Shown: piece after piece, positions 20,201 to 28,336 of the stretch
How positions within the stretch are numbered: position 1 is the first letter of the stretch
Layout: every line of letters starts with the position of its first letter
Assembly: GCA_038207085.1 (NCBI GenBank)
Contig: JBBRAE010000002.1
Span: forward strand, 128,001 to 192,000
From: Armatimonadota bacterium
GTDB lineage: Bacteria > Armatimonadota > UBA5829 > DTLH01
Length of the DNA: 64,000 bases
Direction of reading: 5' to 3'
The notes under the pieces: generated by a model
Told to the model about the DNA's origin: nothing
Database searches by the model: none
What the model saw: the letters and a program-made list of their open reading frames with translations, nothing else
Program-made: the position numbers and the translations under genes

Positions 20201-20507
20201 GGAGGGCTGCTACTTTGTGCTTGCAGATGGTGTTTGAGAGCCCCTCTGCAAATGGGCAGTCGCACTCGGCGTGGATATATTTTGTAGGGTTATCGGGGTC
20301 GAGCCAGACACCGACCACATAAGGGTCTTTTGCAGAACCCTGCACGTGTACTGTCACGTCCGTATCATCCGCGGAGATGACCTTTGCTCGACCCCTCCTG
20401 AAATAATCGAATCCATTGCTTACAGATTTGGGCGTCCCTCCGGCGATGATCGCCTCGGGGGCAACTCGCCTAAGCGAGGGTATGTTTTCGTTAACTTGTT
20501 TGGCCAA
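17295..20507 (-). CDS. SWIM zinc finger-SNF2 family helicase
   Basis: CDC...CKH SWIM; LADDMGIGKT, DESQ, TGTPVEN, SLKAGGVGLNL, QASDRTHRIGQ. Confidence 0.95.
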   Translation of the reverse strand: MAKQVNENIPSLRRVAPEAIIAGGTPKSVSNGFDYFRRGRAKVISADDTDVTVHVQGSAKDPYVVGVWLDPDNPTKYIHAECDCPFAEGLSNTICKHKVAALLEMQKHFKENKDSEWKNVIEHVLESPVPAAKTTGKNMLVFSLQNYGISCSAVAYAIPLAKFPPEAHDDLDLAAQVIESHDMSRDAKRLYNRLNIKSFHNVKPGQIAAGNLLVASTRSYYEPDPSSAVIYPLIGEGLVYQGSYQQPFERRVFVRTEPAKLEMNVETDGGGLILRPMIDLGDKKLPITKENVTVASEQPVWVIVEDTLLPLAATNDTLAWLMRTPKIVVPEKDVDYCFEDVIPRLAEQMTVDGQGIGHWVEVSSAPVPRVYIKESQGALLVELRFSYEGYEVTYSGSLPQTSVKRDSERGVLVRVVRERETEHGTWKSLSSYGLKRSQMGSAFVLRQNTAPVDFLIHHVPKLTRDGFEVYGEETLKSVRVNRSKPKISISVSSGIDWFDLQTVVNFGEIEVAISEIRKAVKKREKYVKLTDGSIGEIPDEWLERYKHLFDLASVTEDGLRLDASQITLLGQIIDDVDSAQLDEALNRRLAKLSDFSKIEPVDLPTGFRGEMRAYQKAGYDWLHFLHEYEFGGCLADDMGIGKTIQTLVFLLSLRESGHAKSANLIVMPRSLLTNWGREAEKFTPGMKTLVYADLDRPKDVSEFDGYDLVLTTYGIMRRDLAALQHYRFHYIVLDESQSVKNPLAQTARSARGLNCDHRLVLTGTPVENSTVELWSQFAFLNPGMFGSLERFKKEFASPIERKHDDDAAQQLRALVYPFILRRTKEQVARELPPRTEKVVYCEMDVTQKKAYEQWRDQYRALLLGMIEDKGVGRTKMKVLEGLLRLRQIANHPKLVDKAYDGESAKMEALVEILETLHSEGHKALVFSQFTQMLRIVRTKLDELGLPYTYLDGHTRDRDAKVDLFQSDPAVPFFLISLKAGGVGLNLTAADYVIHIDPWWNPAVERQASDRTHRIGQDKPVYVQKLIVRGTVEEKMLELQERKKDLVDQLISVESGMLKSLTAEDVNMLFS

Positions 20508-20598
20508 AGCCTGCGTGTCCGTCCTTTGTCAATTGCTCCAACAGGAAATGATACCACACCAAGAGCATTGAATCCAGCACAACAATGGTCCAAATCCG

Positions 20599-21783
20599 TC
20601 AATCGCCTGAAAGTCTGTGATCAAAACCGTCGTCGGGACGGTTGATATGGCAGACCTCGCATTTGTTGATAACTCCCGAATGCCCCTGAAGGGCGATAGC
20701 CTGGGTGTTGTCGGCAGAGACGACCGTCGGGGTGATCGCATGCGGGCTGCCGTGGCAGGCTGGGCAGTGGACCCCGTGGTGTCCCTTGGAGTTTCTAAAT
20801 AGCGTTCCGGGCTGCTCGAACTCGAAACCGGATCTGGTGTGGCAGCCGGCGTTGCCGCAACGCGGTTCATCGACCCACGGGCGTCGGCCCGAGCTTGCGA
20901 CGGCGGTCATCGTTCCGTGGCAGCTGGTGCAGGTGAGTCCGTGGCTGAAGTGGACGTCGCGCAGGCACTTGGTGCGCACTCCGGGGTGGCAGGCGTAGCA
21001 CGGGACCGAAAGCCCCGCCCGGCTCATTCTGCTGGAGTGTGAGTCATGCATCGCGCGCGAAAGGCTGGGCAGGCTCGGGTTTCCAGCGAGCCCGAGCGGC
21101 TCCTGTGCGTGGCATTGGCCGCACTTCACAGGCTTACTCGTTTCAAGATGCGTGCCGTGCTCCTCGTCGTGCTTTCGGAGGATGTCTGTCGCAACCGATA
21201 TGCCCGGCGTCGTGTGGCAGATGTCGCAGCTGATCTCCCAAGACACAGGGACAACGGCCTGGGTCGAGGCGACCACCTGCCCGCCGCTTGTGACGGTGAT
21301 CGTCGCCAAGGGATACGGGTCTTCCGCGCCTGAGTCCAGAGTCGGGGTGATCGGAATTCCCGTGACCGACCAGTCGTTCGTGCCGGTCGGGGTCATGTTC
21401 CCGGAAAGCCCGTGGCCAGTAAGGCCGATGTTGTCTGCGAGTGAGACCCCAAAGAGCTGCGGGGCATAGGTCCAAAAGTTGGTCTTATCGGCAGAGTGGG
21501 TGTTGGACGGGATAGAATAGTCCACCGTGACCCCACCTGTGACGATTCTCGGCTCTCTGCCGCGCTGTATCACCTGCGCGTGGAGGTTGTTGTAGGGAGG
21601 GAGTATCATAAACTCCGAAAAATCCTGGTTTATGCAGTGCATGCCGAGGTCGTTGTAGCCGAGCACGACCATACTGGTCGAGACGACTCCGCCGCTTCCT
21701 CCGTTGTTTCCCCCACCGCCTCCGCCGCAGCCTGCCGCAAACAGACACGCGGCGACGGCTCCCGCTAGTCTCAGATATCGCAT
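20599..21783 (-). CDS. Multiheme c-type cytochrome lipoprotein
   Basis: Lipobox-like FAAGC plus Gly linker; six CxxCH (CDICH, CGQCH, CYACH, CTSCH, CPACH, CEVCH) and CGNAGCH. Confidence 0.88.
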   Translation of the reverse strand: MRYLRLAGAVAACLFAAGCGGGGGGNNGGSGGVVSTSMVVLGYNDLGMHCINQDFSEFMILPPYNNLHAQVIQRGREPRIVTGGVTVDYSIPSNTHSADKTNFWTYAPQLFGVSLADNIGLTGHGLSGNMTPTGTNDWSVTGIPITPTLDSGAEDPYPLATITVTSGGQVVASTQAVVPVSWEISCDICHTTPGISVATDILRKHDEEHGTHLETSKPVKCGQCHAQEPLGLAGNPSLPSLSRAMHDSHSSRMSRAGLSVPCYACHPGVRTKCLRDVHFSHGLTCTSCHGTMTAVASSGRRPWVDEPRCGNAGCHTRSGFEFEQPGTLFRNSKGHHGVHCPACHGSPHAITPTVVSADNTQAIALQGHSGVINKCEVCHINRPDDGFDHRLSGD

Positions 21784-21810
21784 TCTTTTTCCGCCTTTCG
21801 ATACTTATTG

Positions 21811-22254
21811 TTACTGTTCGAACTTCAAGTGTTTTGTGGGATAGTGTTTTTCGTCGGTGTAGAGCAGTTCGACCGGCTGGATGACGATTATCACATAGTT
21901 GGGGTCGTCTTTGCCCTGGAAGTATTTGCCAAGCATGTCCGACCATAGCTCGTTTTTCAGCTTTTGGTCGTCGCTGACGTTAGCGATACCCTTCAGCATT
22001 ACATGCTGCCAGTCGGTCATATCGCCGGGGTTCATCGCGGTCCAGGAAACGGCTACCTGGTGGTCGGCCTCGATCTCCTGGATCTTGGGGAGGACTTTGC
22101 TCGTTGCAAAGTAGACATTGAAGTCGTCGTCGACCCTCATGGTATACATCGGCCTGACGTGTGGGTAGCCTTCGGCGTCGACGGTCGCCAGGTCGGCCAC
22201 CGGATACTTGGATATGACCTCGCGGGACATTGCGAGCAGGTTGTTTTCTTCCAT
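21811..22254 (-). CDS. Pyridoxamine 5'-phosphate oxidase-like FMN-binding protein (general stress protein 26-like)
   Basis: LATVDAEGYPHVRPM, YFATS...K, YF.GKDDPNY. Confidence 0.85.
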   Translation of the reverse strand: MEENNLLAMSREVISKYPVADLATVDAEGYPHVRPMYTMRVDDDFNVYFATSKVLPKIQEIEADHQVAVSWTAMNPGDMTDWQHVMLKGIANVSDDQKLKNELWSDMLGKYFQGKDDPNYVIIVIQPVELLYTDEKHYPTKHLKFEQ

Positions 22255-22371
22255 TGTGCCCTCCTTGAGCCAGTTTGTCCGGATAGTATACCCAAGGATA
22301 GCGCCCGGTAGACGTGCGTAGGTGTCAGGGATGTGAATTGTCGGTGGTATTTTATTGGCAGCGGGTGAAGA

Positions 22372-22602
22372 CTATTCCCCGGCTTCTGCGATGATCTTGA
22401 GCGCCCGCTCGGCGTCCTCTTCGCGGACCAAGAGGCGCACCCCGCCTTCGAGCACACTTACGTCTATTCCCACATTGGTCCAGGTATGCGCGCCGAGGAT
22501 CTGGGCTTCGATCCCCACCGACTCCAGGCGAATCCTCGCCATTTCAGCTTCCATCGGAAATCTATATGAAGCGACGACGACCAGTTTGGTATCCATTTCC
22601 AT
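22372..22602 (-). CDS. DUF2007-like putative signal-transducing protein
   Basis: EAEMARIRLESVGIEA...GGVRLLVREEDAERA; GGAGG RBS. Confidence 0.75.
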   Translation of the reverse strand: MEMDTKLVVVASYRFPMEAEMARIRLESVGIEAQILGAHTWTNVGIDVSVLEGGVRLLVREEDAERALKIIAEAGE

Positions 22603-22607
22603 GCCTC

Positions 22608-22660
22608 CGGGCGGACGGACTCCGCGGAACGTGGTCGGGGGACGGATTCCCCCGACCAAC
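22608..22660 (+). repeat. 53-bp hairpin repeat, copy 2
   Basis: Near-identical to 10757-10809. Confidence 0.8.
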
Positions 22661-22676
22661 GGATAATAGCTAAAAG

Positions 22677-25337
22677 CTAACTGCTAAGAGCTTTCTTTCT
22701 CTCCTCAAGCTTTGCCTTCTTGTCCTCAAGCTCGGCGGCGATTCGCCGCTCTTTGTCGATGACCTCGGCGGGCGCTTTGGAGGTGAACTGCTCATTGGAG
22801 AGCTTACCCAAACACCTCGCCAAGTCCTTCTCGATTGTTTTTAGCTCCGACTCGATCCTGGCGACTTCTTTTTCGATATCTACCAAGCCCGCGACCGGCA
22901 GATACACGTCAAACCCCGGCCCGTGGCTTGCCAGATACTGGCTCTTCTCGGTGTCGGGGATGTTCTCTTTTGTCACCTCAAGATTCTCGACCCGGGCAAG
23001 CGACCGAAGTCCCACCGCGTTTGCCTGGAACAGCTCGACCATCTCCGTGACGATCACGGCGTCGACCTTTTTGCCAGGAGTCGCGCCGACCTCAGAGCGA
23101 AGGTTTCGCACCGTGCGGATCGCCTCCATTACCGAGTTCATCTCGGCCTCTGCCGCGTCGCTGATCATCGACTCGTCGGTCTCGGGGAAAGGCGCGACCA
23201 TGATGCTCTCGCCCTGGTGGGGAAGCGCCTGCCAGATCTCTTCGGTGATGAAGGGCATGATCGGGTGCAGGAGCCTCATCGAGGTCTCAAGCACGTTCCA
23301 TAGCACCCACTGAACCGTTGCCCGCTCTGATTCATCCCTGAGCCGCGGCTTGGCAAGCTCCACATACCAGTCCGCGAACTCGCTCCAAAGGAACTCGTAG
23401 AGCGAACGCGCCGCGTCGTCCATATCGTAGTTGCCAAAGCCGTCGTTAACGGTTTTTATGACTCTGTTGAGGCGCGAGAGAATCCACCGGTCTTCGAGCT
23501 TCAGTTCATCGAGTTCGGGCTTTCCGGCCCCCAACCCCTGACCCCCAGCCCCTTCTTCCAGGTTCATCATCACGAATCGGCTCATGTTCCAGATTTTGTT
23601 GCCGAAGTTGCGGGTGTTCTCCACGCGCGAGTCCGAGAAACGCATATCCTGGCCCATCCCCGCCTGCTGGATAAGCGCGTAGCGGAGCGCGTCTGAACCG
23701 AAACGCTCGATCAGGTCGAGCGGGTCGACTCCCGTGCCAAGGGACTTGGACATCCGGCGACCCTCTTCGTTTAGCACCGTGGCGTAGATGTAAACGTCGG
23801 GGTAGGGCACTTCGCCCATAAACTCAAGGCCCTGGAAGATCATCCTCGCGACCCAGAGATAGATGATGTCGCGCGCGGTGATCAGCACGTTTGTGGGGTA
23901 GAACGCCTCAAGCTCGGGGGTCTTTGTGGGCCACCCCAGCGTTGCAAACGGCCAAAGCGCCGAGCTGAACCAGGTGTCGAGCACGTCGGGGTCCTGCTCC
24001 ATGTTCTTCGATCCGCACTTCGTGCACGCTTCGACAGCAGACTTCGCAGCGACAAACTCCCCGCAGTCCGCGCACTTCCAGACCGGGATCCTGTGGCCCC
24101 ACCAAAGCTGTCGGGAGATGCACCAGTCCTTGATGTTCTCCATCCAATCGAGGTAGATTCGGCTGTAGCGATCAGGGACGAACTTCACGCGCCCGTCCTT
24201 CACCGCGTCGATCGCGGGCTGGGCGAGCTCCTTCATCTTTACAAACCACTGCTCGGACAATAGCGGCTCGATCGTCGTATCACATCGCGAGCAGGTGCCG
24301 ACTGAGTGGGTGTAATCATCCACTTTGACCAAGAGCCCCAGCTCTTCAAGCTCCTTTACGACGGCTTTTCGCGCCTCAAAGCGGTCCATACCGGCGAACT
24401 TGCCCGCTTCCTCGGTCATAACGCCGTCGGGTCCGATCACGACGATCTGCGCCAGGTTGTGCCTGATCCCTATCTCAAAGTCGTTGGGGTCATGCGCTGG
24501 GGTTACCTTGACCGCGCCTGAGCCGAACTCCGGGTCTACGTGTGCGTCGTCGACGATGGGGATCGGCCTCTCCATAATCGGGAGCATGATGTCTTTGCCG
24601 ACCATGCCCATATAGCGCTGGTCCTCGGGGCTTACGGCGACTGCGGTGTCGCCGAGCATCGTCTCGGGTCGAGTCGTCGCGACCTCGACAAACCCCGAGC
24701 CGTCGGCGAGCGGGTATTTGATGAACCAGAGGTGGCTGTGCTGCTCTTCGTACTCGACCTCAAGGTCAGATATCCCCGTGTGACAGCGCGGGCACCAGTT
24801 GACGACTCGCGCGCCGCGATAGATCACTCCCTTGTTGAACATCTGGACGAACGCCTCAACCACCGCGTCGGCGTAGCCCGCGTCCATCGTGAAGCGTTCG
24901 CGCTCCCAGTCAAATGAGCATCCCAGGCGCTTCAGCTGACGTATGATCGTCCCGCCGTAGTGCTCCTTCCACTCCCAGACCTTTTCCAGAAACTTCTCGC
25001 GCCCGAGGTCGAATCGAGTGAGCCCATCGGCTGCGATCTGCTGCTCGACCTTGTTCTGGGTCGCGATTCCCGCGTGGTCGGTGCCGGGGAGGATGAGCAC
25101 ATCGAACCCCTTCATACGCTTCCATCGCCCAAGCACGTCGTGGATCGTGTAGCAGAGCGCATGCCCCATATGAAGCGACCCGGTGACGTTGGGCGGCGGG
25201 ATCGTGATGCAGTACCGCGGCTTGCCAAGCTCGGCCTCGGCGTGAAAATACTTCTGCTCAAGCCAGAAACTATACCATTTTTCCTCTACCTGGAAGGGGT
25301 CATACACCTTCGGCAGTTTTTCAAGTTCTGTTGACAA
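22677..25337 (-). CDS. valS: Valine--tRNA ligase
   Basis: PPPNVTGSLHMGHA (HIGH), DWCISRQLWWGH, RMSKS (KMSKS), C-terminal coiled coil. Confidence 0.98.
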   Translation of the reverse strand: MSTELEKLPKVYDPFQVEEKWYSFWLEQKYFHAEAELGKPRYCITIPPPNVTGSLHMGHALCYTIHDVLGRWKRMKGFDVLILPGTDHAGIATQNKVEQQIAADGLTRFDLGREKFLEKVWEWKEHYGGTIIRQLKRLGCSFDWERERFTMDAGYADAVVEAFVQMFNKGVIYRGARVVNWCPRCHTGISDLEVEYEEQHSHLWFIKYPLADGSGFVEVATTRPETMLGDTAVAVSPEDQRYMGMVGKDIMLPIMERPIPIVDDAHVDPEFGSGAVKVTPAHDPNDFEIGIRHNLAQIVVIGPDGVMTEEAGKFAGMDRFEARKAVVKELEELGLLVKVDDYTHSVGTCSRCDTTIEPLLSEQWFVKMKELAQPAIDAVKDGRVKFVPDRYSRIYLDWMENIKDWCISRQLWWGHRIPVWKCADCGEFVAAKSAVEACTKCGSKNMEQDPDVLDTWFSSALWPFATLGWPTKTPELEAFYPTNVLITARDIIYLWVARMIFQGLEFMGEVPYPDVYIYATVLNEEGRRMSKSLGTGVDPLDLIERFGSDALRYALIQQAGMGQDMRFSDSRVENTRNFGNKIWNMSRFVMMNLEEGAGGQGLGAGKPELDELKLEDRWILSRLNRVIKTVNDGFGNYDMDDAARSLYEFLWSEFADWYVELAKPRLRDESERATVQWVLWNVLETSMRLLHPIMPFITEEIWQALPHQGESIMVAPFPETDESMISDAAEAEMNSVMEAIRTVRNLRSEVGATPGKKVDAVIVTEMVELFQANAVGLRSLARVENLEVTKENIPDTEKSQYLASHGPGFDVYLPVAGLVDIEKEVARIESELKTIEKDLARCLGKLSNEQFTSKAPAEVIDKERRIAAELEDKKAKLEERKKALSS

Positions 25338-25425
25338 TTATATCCTCCGTTGGAGCTGAGAGCTTTCGGCTTTCAGCGATCAGTTATGTCAAATTTAGAA
25401 TATCAACCCTCTTGTGATGCTTCGG

Positions 25426-25968
25426 CTAGTCTTGGTCTACTTCATCGCGGCCAGCACGTGCGATTCCAATCAAAGTCGCACCTGCGATAACACTCAAAAG
25501 CACAGACAGCAGCTTCCAAGGCAGCACCCACACTGTTATCGAGTTCACCGGCATGCGGGAGAATCCCCCAGCAATCGTGTAGTTGCCCCATTTCCGGTAT
25601 TCTTTTCTGCCCCACGGGATCGTGGTGGTTTCTCCCGGAGCCAGGTCGATCATATTCTCGGGTGTGAACATTTCTCCTATTTCCTCCGCGTAGGCCCTGC
25701 CAAGATAGGCCTGCCTCATTCCTGAGTAGAACCCACTCTGGAACCTGGTAATGTAGCGTCCGAAATTTCTGAGCTCAACGATAAACGCCAACTCGGCGCC
25801 GGGGTCCACGTAATTGCGGCTGCAAACCAACCGAGCGCACACGCTTCCATAACGCGACTGCTTCCACTGACCTGCCACGCTGGATTTCGGCGGACCCGCA
25901 ATCGTCAGGAACAGTCCAATAAGCAGTAACACGACTAGCAGTGCCTGCACAAGATGTTGCCTAACCAT
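25426..25968 (-). CDS. Hypothetical membrane protein (N- and C-terminal hydrophobic helices around an Ig-like segment)
   Basis: ATG 25968 after GGGGG RBS, just downstream of the T-box terminator; two hydrophobic segments. Confidence 0.6.
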   Translation of the reverse strand: MVRQHLVQALLVVLLLIGLFLTIAGPPKSSVAGQWKQSRYGSVCARLVCSRNYVDPGAELAFIVELRNFGRYITRFQSGFYSGMRQAYLGRAYAEEIGEMFTPENMIDLAPGETTTIPWGRKEYRKWGNYTIAGGFSRMPVNSITVWVLPWKLLSVLLSVIAGATLIGIARAGRDEVDQD

Positions 25969-25987
25969 AGTTGAACCCCCTATATAC

Positions 25988-26320
25988 AAAAAGCCCCACT
26001 CGTCCCTGTGATCAACAAGGACGAGAGGGGCCTCTCGTGGTACCACCTTGGTTCCCGATGCTTTTCGCACCGGCTCAAATTAGGGCTGTAACGGGCCAAC
26101 CCGGCGAATCCTACCCTGCTAACCGCTAACCTGCATTATTCACGAGAAGCGTGAATAATGCTCTCTTAGCAAGAGCTTTATTCGCTTCACGAATAAAGTG
26201 GGCTAACAGCTCAAACCCGCGGCTCCGGGGCGACTTTCGAGCGATGCCCTGTCGGGAGATTTCCAGCTTCCTCTCCTTCTCTGGGACCGGCTATTCGCCT
26301 ACTCCTCCCCATCAACGCCT
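25988..26320 (-). ncRNA. T-box riboswitch, Val specifier GUC, with transcription terminator
   Basis: Stem I with GA, AGUA, AGAGA and GCUG motifs; specifier GTC at 26234-26232; CCGTTA stem IIA/B; AAGGTGGTACCACG antiterminator; terminator hairpin with T-run at 26031-25988. Confidence 0.9.
26130..26202 (-). mobile_element. 73-bp double-palindrome MITE, copy 1 (inside T-box stem II)
   Basis: Imperfect CCYRCWTTATTC termini; TTAG direct repeat on both sides; homologous to 26851-26923 and 30652-30711. Confidence 0.8.
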
Positions 26321-26528
26321 ATTTTATGTTATCAAATTCTTCGCGAGATATTCCCGCATCCCGCAGGATACGATAGAGTAGCCCGTCTTCTATGTCACTC
26401 CCATGCGGATTGGGAATAGCTATCTTGTGGGTTCCGCGCATCATAAATGGATGCCTGCTACCAGGTTTCGGCCCTACGTATCCAAGCAGTTTGAGGCGTC
26501 GTATGAACTCTCGGCGACTGATAGGCAA
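26319..26528 (-). CDS. hicA: HicA-family mRNA interferase toxin
   Basis: ISRREFIRRLKLLGY...GSRHPFM...IPNPHGSDI...ILRDAGISREEF; start uncertain by a few codons. Confidence 0.9.
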   Translation of the reverse strand: MPISRREFIRRLKLLGYVGPKPGSRHPFMMRGTHKIAIPNPHGSDIEDGLLYRILRDAGISREEFDNIK

Positions 26529-26529
26529 T

Positions 26530-26778
26530 CTATGCGGCCTCAGTTTGAGCCTTCTCGTTTAGGTCGAGACCATCTATGACGGGTATCTCGTGTCCGAGCC
26601 TGACCCCAAGTAGAAGCCAATCCTCAATCACTTCTCGCAAAGTCTCTCGACACTGTTCAAGGGTATCCCCATCAGCCCAAGCACCCTGAAGAGCAGGAAC
26701 GTGACCGTAGAACCGGCCATCTTCCATAATCTCGTAGTGAGCTTGTTTCATAGCAGCCTGAACGTAATCGGTAAACAT
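26530..26778 (-). CDS. hicB: HicB-family antitoxin (short, UPF0150-type)
   Basis: FYGHVPALQGAWADGDTLEQCRETLREVIEDW...IP; GGAGG RBS. Confidence 0.9.
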   Translation of the reverse strand: MFTDYVQAAMKQAHYEIMEDGRFYGHVPALQGAWADGDTLEQCRETLREVIEDWLLLGVRLGHEIPVIDGLDLNEKAQTEAA

Positions 26779-26802
26779 ATTGGCCTCCGCGCAACTCACA
26801 CC

Positions 26803-26831
26803 ATTTTACCCCGATATCCCCCGCTTGTAAA
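26803..26831 (-). promoter_or_regulatory. Sigma70 promoter upstream of hicB
   Basis: TTTACA-N17-TAAAAT. Confidence 0.65.
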
Positions 26832-26850
26832 TGGCCCGTACATTGCTTAG

Positions 26851-26923
26851 CCCGCTTTATTCGTGAAGCGAATAAAGCTTTCGCTAACAGAGCATTATTC
26901 ACGCTACTCGTGAATAATGCGGG
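26851..26923 (+). mobile_element. 73-bp double-palindrome MITE, copy 2
   Basis: TTAG direct repeats at 26847-26850 and 26924-26927; inverted relative to copy 1. Confidence 0.8.
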
Positions 26924-26994
26924 TTAGGGCGACAAGCGATATTCTGCTTGCCGCCCCGCTGTTCTCCAGTCTAATCCCTTGGTGCGTCTGAATG

Positions 26995-27954
26995 TTATGC
27001 GGATATCCTCAGATCGAGTTCCACGTCCTCAAGACAACACGCCACGAGCTCTTCCATGGTCGTCGTTCCTACGCAGATGCAGGTGTCGCCTGCGCCGTAG
27101 AATACCTTGACCCCTCCGTTGTGGCGGTTGGGGACCGCTCCGCAGGAGAAGACGACGTTTCCGATGTCGCCGATGCGCTCGTAATACTCACGGGGCGCAA
27201 GCACCGGCACGGCGGAGCGGCCGATTACCTTGGACGGGTCCTCAAGATCGAGGAGCACGACGCCCAGGCGATAAACGGGACCGCCGGAGGTGCATTTTAC
27301 ACCGTGATAGATCTCAAGCCAACCCTGAGGGGTCTCGATGGGAGGGGCGCTCGCGCCGATCCGCTCGGAGTCCCAGAACCCGCCGCGGATGGTCATCACG
27401 CAGCGAGAATCACCCCAGTGCTTGAGGTCGTTTGAGTAAGAAATCCAGATGTTGCCCAGGCCGCCGGCGAGCGGCCGGTCAAGGCGAGCAAATCTGCCGT
27501 TGATCTTTCTTGGGAAAAGCGCCCCGTCCTTGTTCTCCGGCTCGGAGATAAGGCCGTACCGCTTGAACTTCTTGAAGTCCTTGGTGCTTGCCAGCGCAAG
27601 GCATGCGCCAAAGCAGGAGTAGGCCGTATACATGATGTAATAGGTCCCCTCGCAATAGCTGATGCGGGGGTCCTCGATACCACGCTGCTCGTAGCTCTTG
27701 AACGGCTCCTCTTCAGACGGCTGCATCGCAGGAAGCGGGTCCACTACGAAATGGAACCCGTCTTTGCTGCGGGCGAGGGCGAACACGGAGCGACCCTTCA
27801 GGTCCTCCACTCTAAGCAGCAACAGGTAATCTTCTTCGAACATCACGGCGCCGGCGTTGAACACCGAATTACACCGAAAGGGAATGTCCTCCACGGTGAT
27901 CATGGGGTTCCCTTCCCATCGATGTATAACGTCTCGTCCTGAAATCCTCGGCAT
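26995..27954 (-). CDS. GH130 beta-mannoside phosphorylase/glycosidase
   Basis: VFNAGA, GIEDPRI, NKDGALFP, LEIYHG, NVVFSCG, YGAGD motifs. Confidence 0.92.
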   Translation of the reverse strand: MPRISGRDVIHRWEGNPMITVEDIPFRCNSVFNAGAVMFEEDYLLLLRVEDLKGRSVFALARSKDGFHFVVDPLPAMQPSEEEPFKSYEQRGIEDPRISYCEGTYYIMYTAYSCFGACLALASTKDFKKFKRYGLISEPENKDGALFPRKINGRFARLDRPLAGGLGNIWISYSNDLKHWGDSRCVMTIRGGFWDSERIGASAPPIETPQGWLEIYHGVKCTSGGPVYRLGVVLLDLEDPSKVIGRSAVPVLAPREYYERIGDIGNVVFSCGAVPNRHNGGVKVFYGAGDTCICVGTTTMEELVACCLEDVELDLRISA

Positions 27955-28336
27955 CTTTCTGACCTCTCCTTCTAATGGTCGGCGTCCGCGGGGTTATCCG
28001 CGTCGCAAAACTTGTTTATGTTAATATCTTCCGTAATTTCGCCGGGTGGCTTACTATTGTTATCGGGAAAGACCCCCGTATTTCTTTATGGTAATTATCG
28101 ACGAGCTTGCTAAACAATTTCGTGCTATAATTTTGAGTGAGGGTGTTAAATATTGCCCTCTTGGCGCCGCCACACGGATGACCGAGACGACGACATCTGC
28201 GTAGATCACGCCCGGGGGAAAGAAGCCGACGTTGGATAGACCCGAACCTCGCCCAGCAAAAGAACGGTTGCAAGTCGAACGTGCAACGCAGTAAGATTTG
28301 AAGTACAATACAAACGCATCGAGGAGGATACATACA

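Noticed and set aside
10924..20507. pcrA, R-M, nfo and SNF2 as one defence system
   Set aside because: pcrA, nfo and SWIM-SNF2 are common housekeeping genes with host-like composition; only the R-M trio looks acquired.
25969..26070. Longer GTG start for the gene upstream of valS
   Set aside because: The extension runs through the T-box antiterminator and terminator; ATG 25968 has an RBS.
26126..26927. Palindromic repeats as a CRISPR array
   Set aside because: Only dispersed copies with no regular repeat-spacer periodicity and no cas genes; target duplications indicate a MITE.
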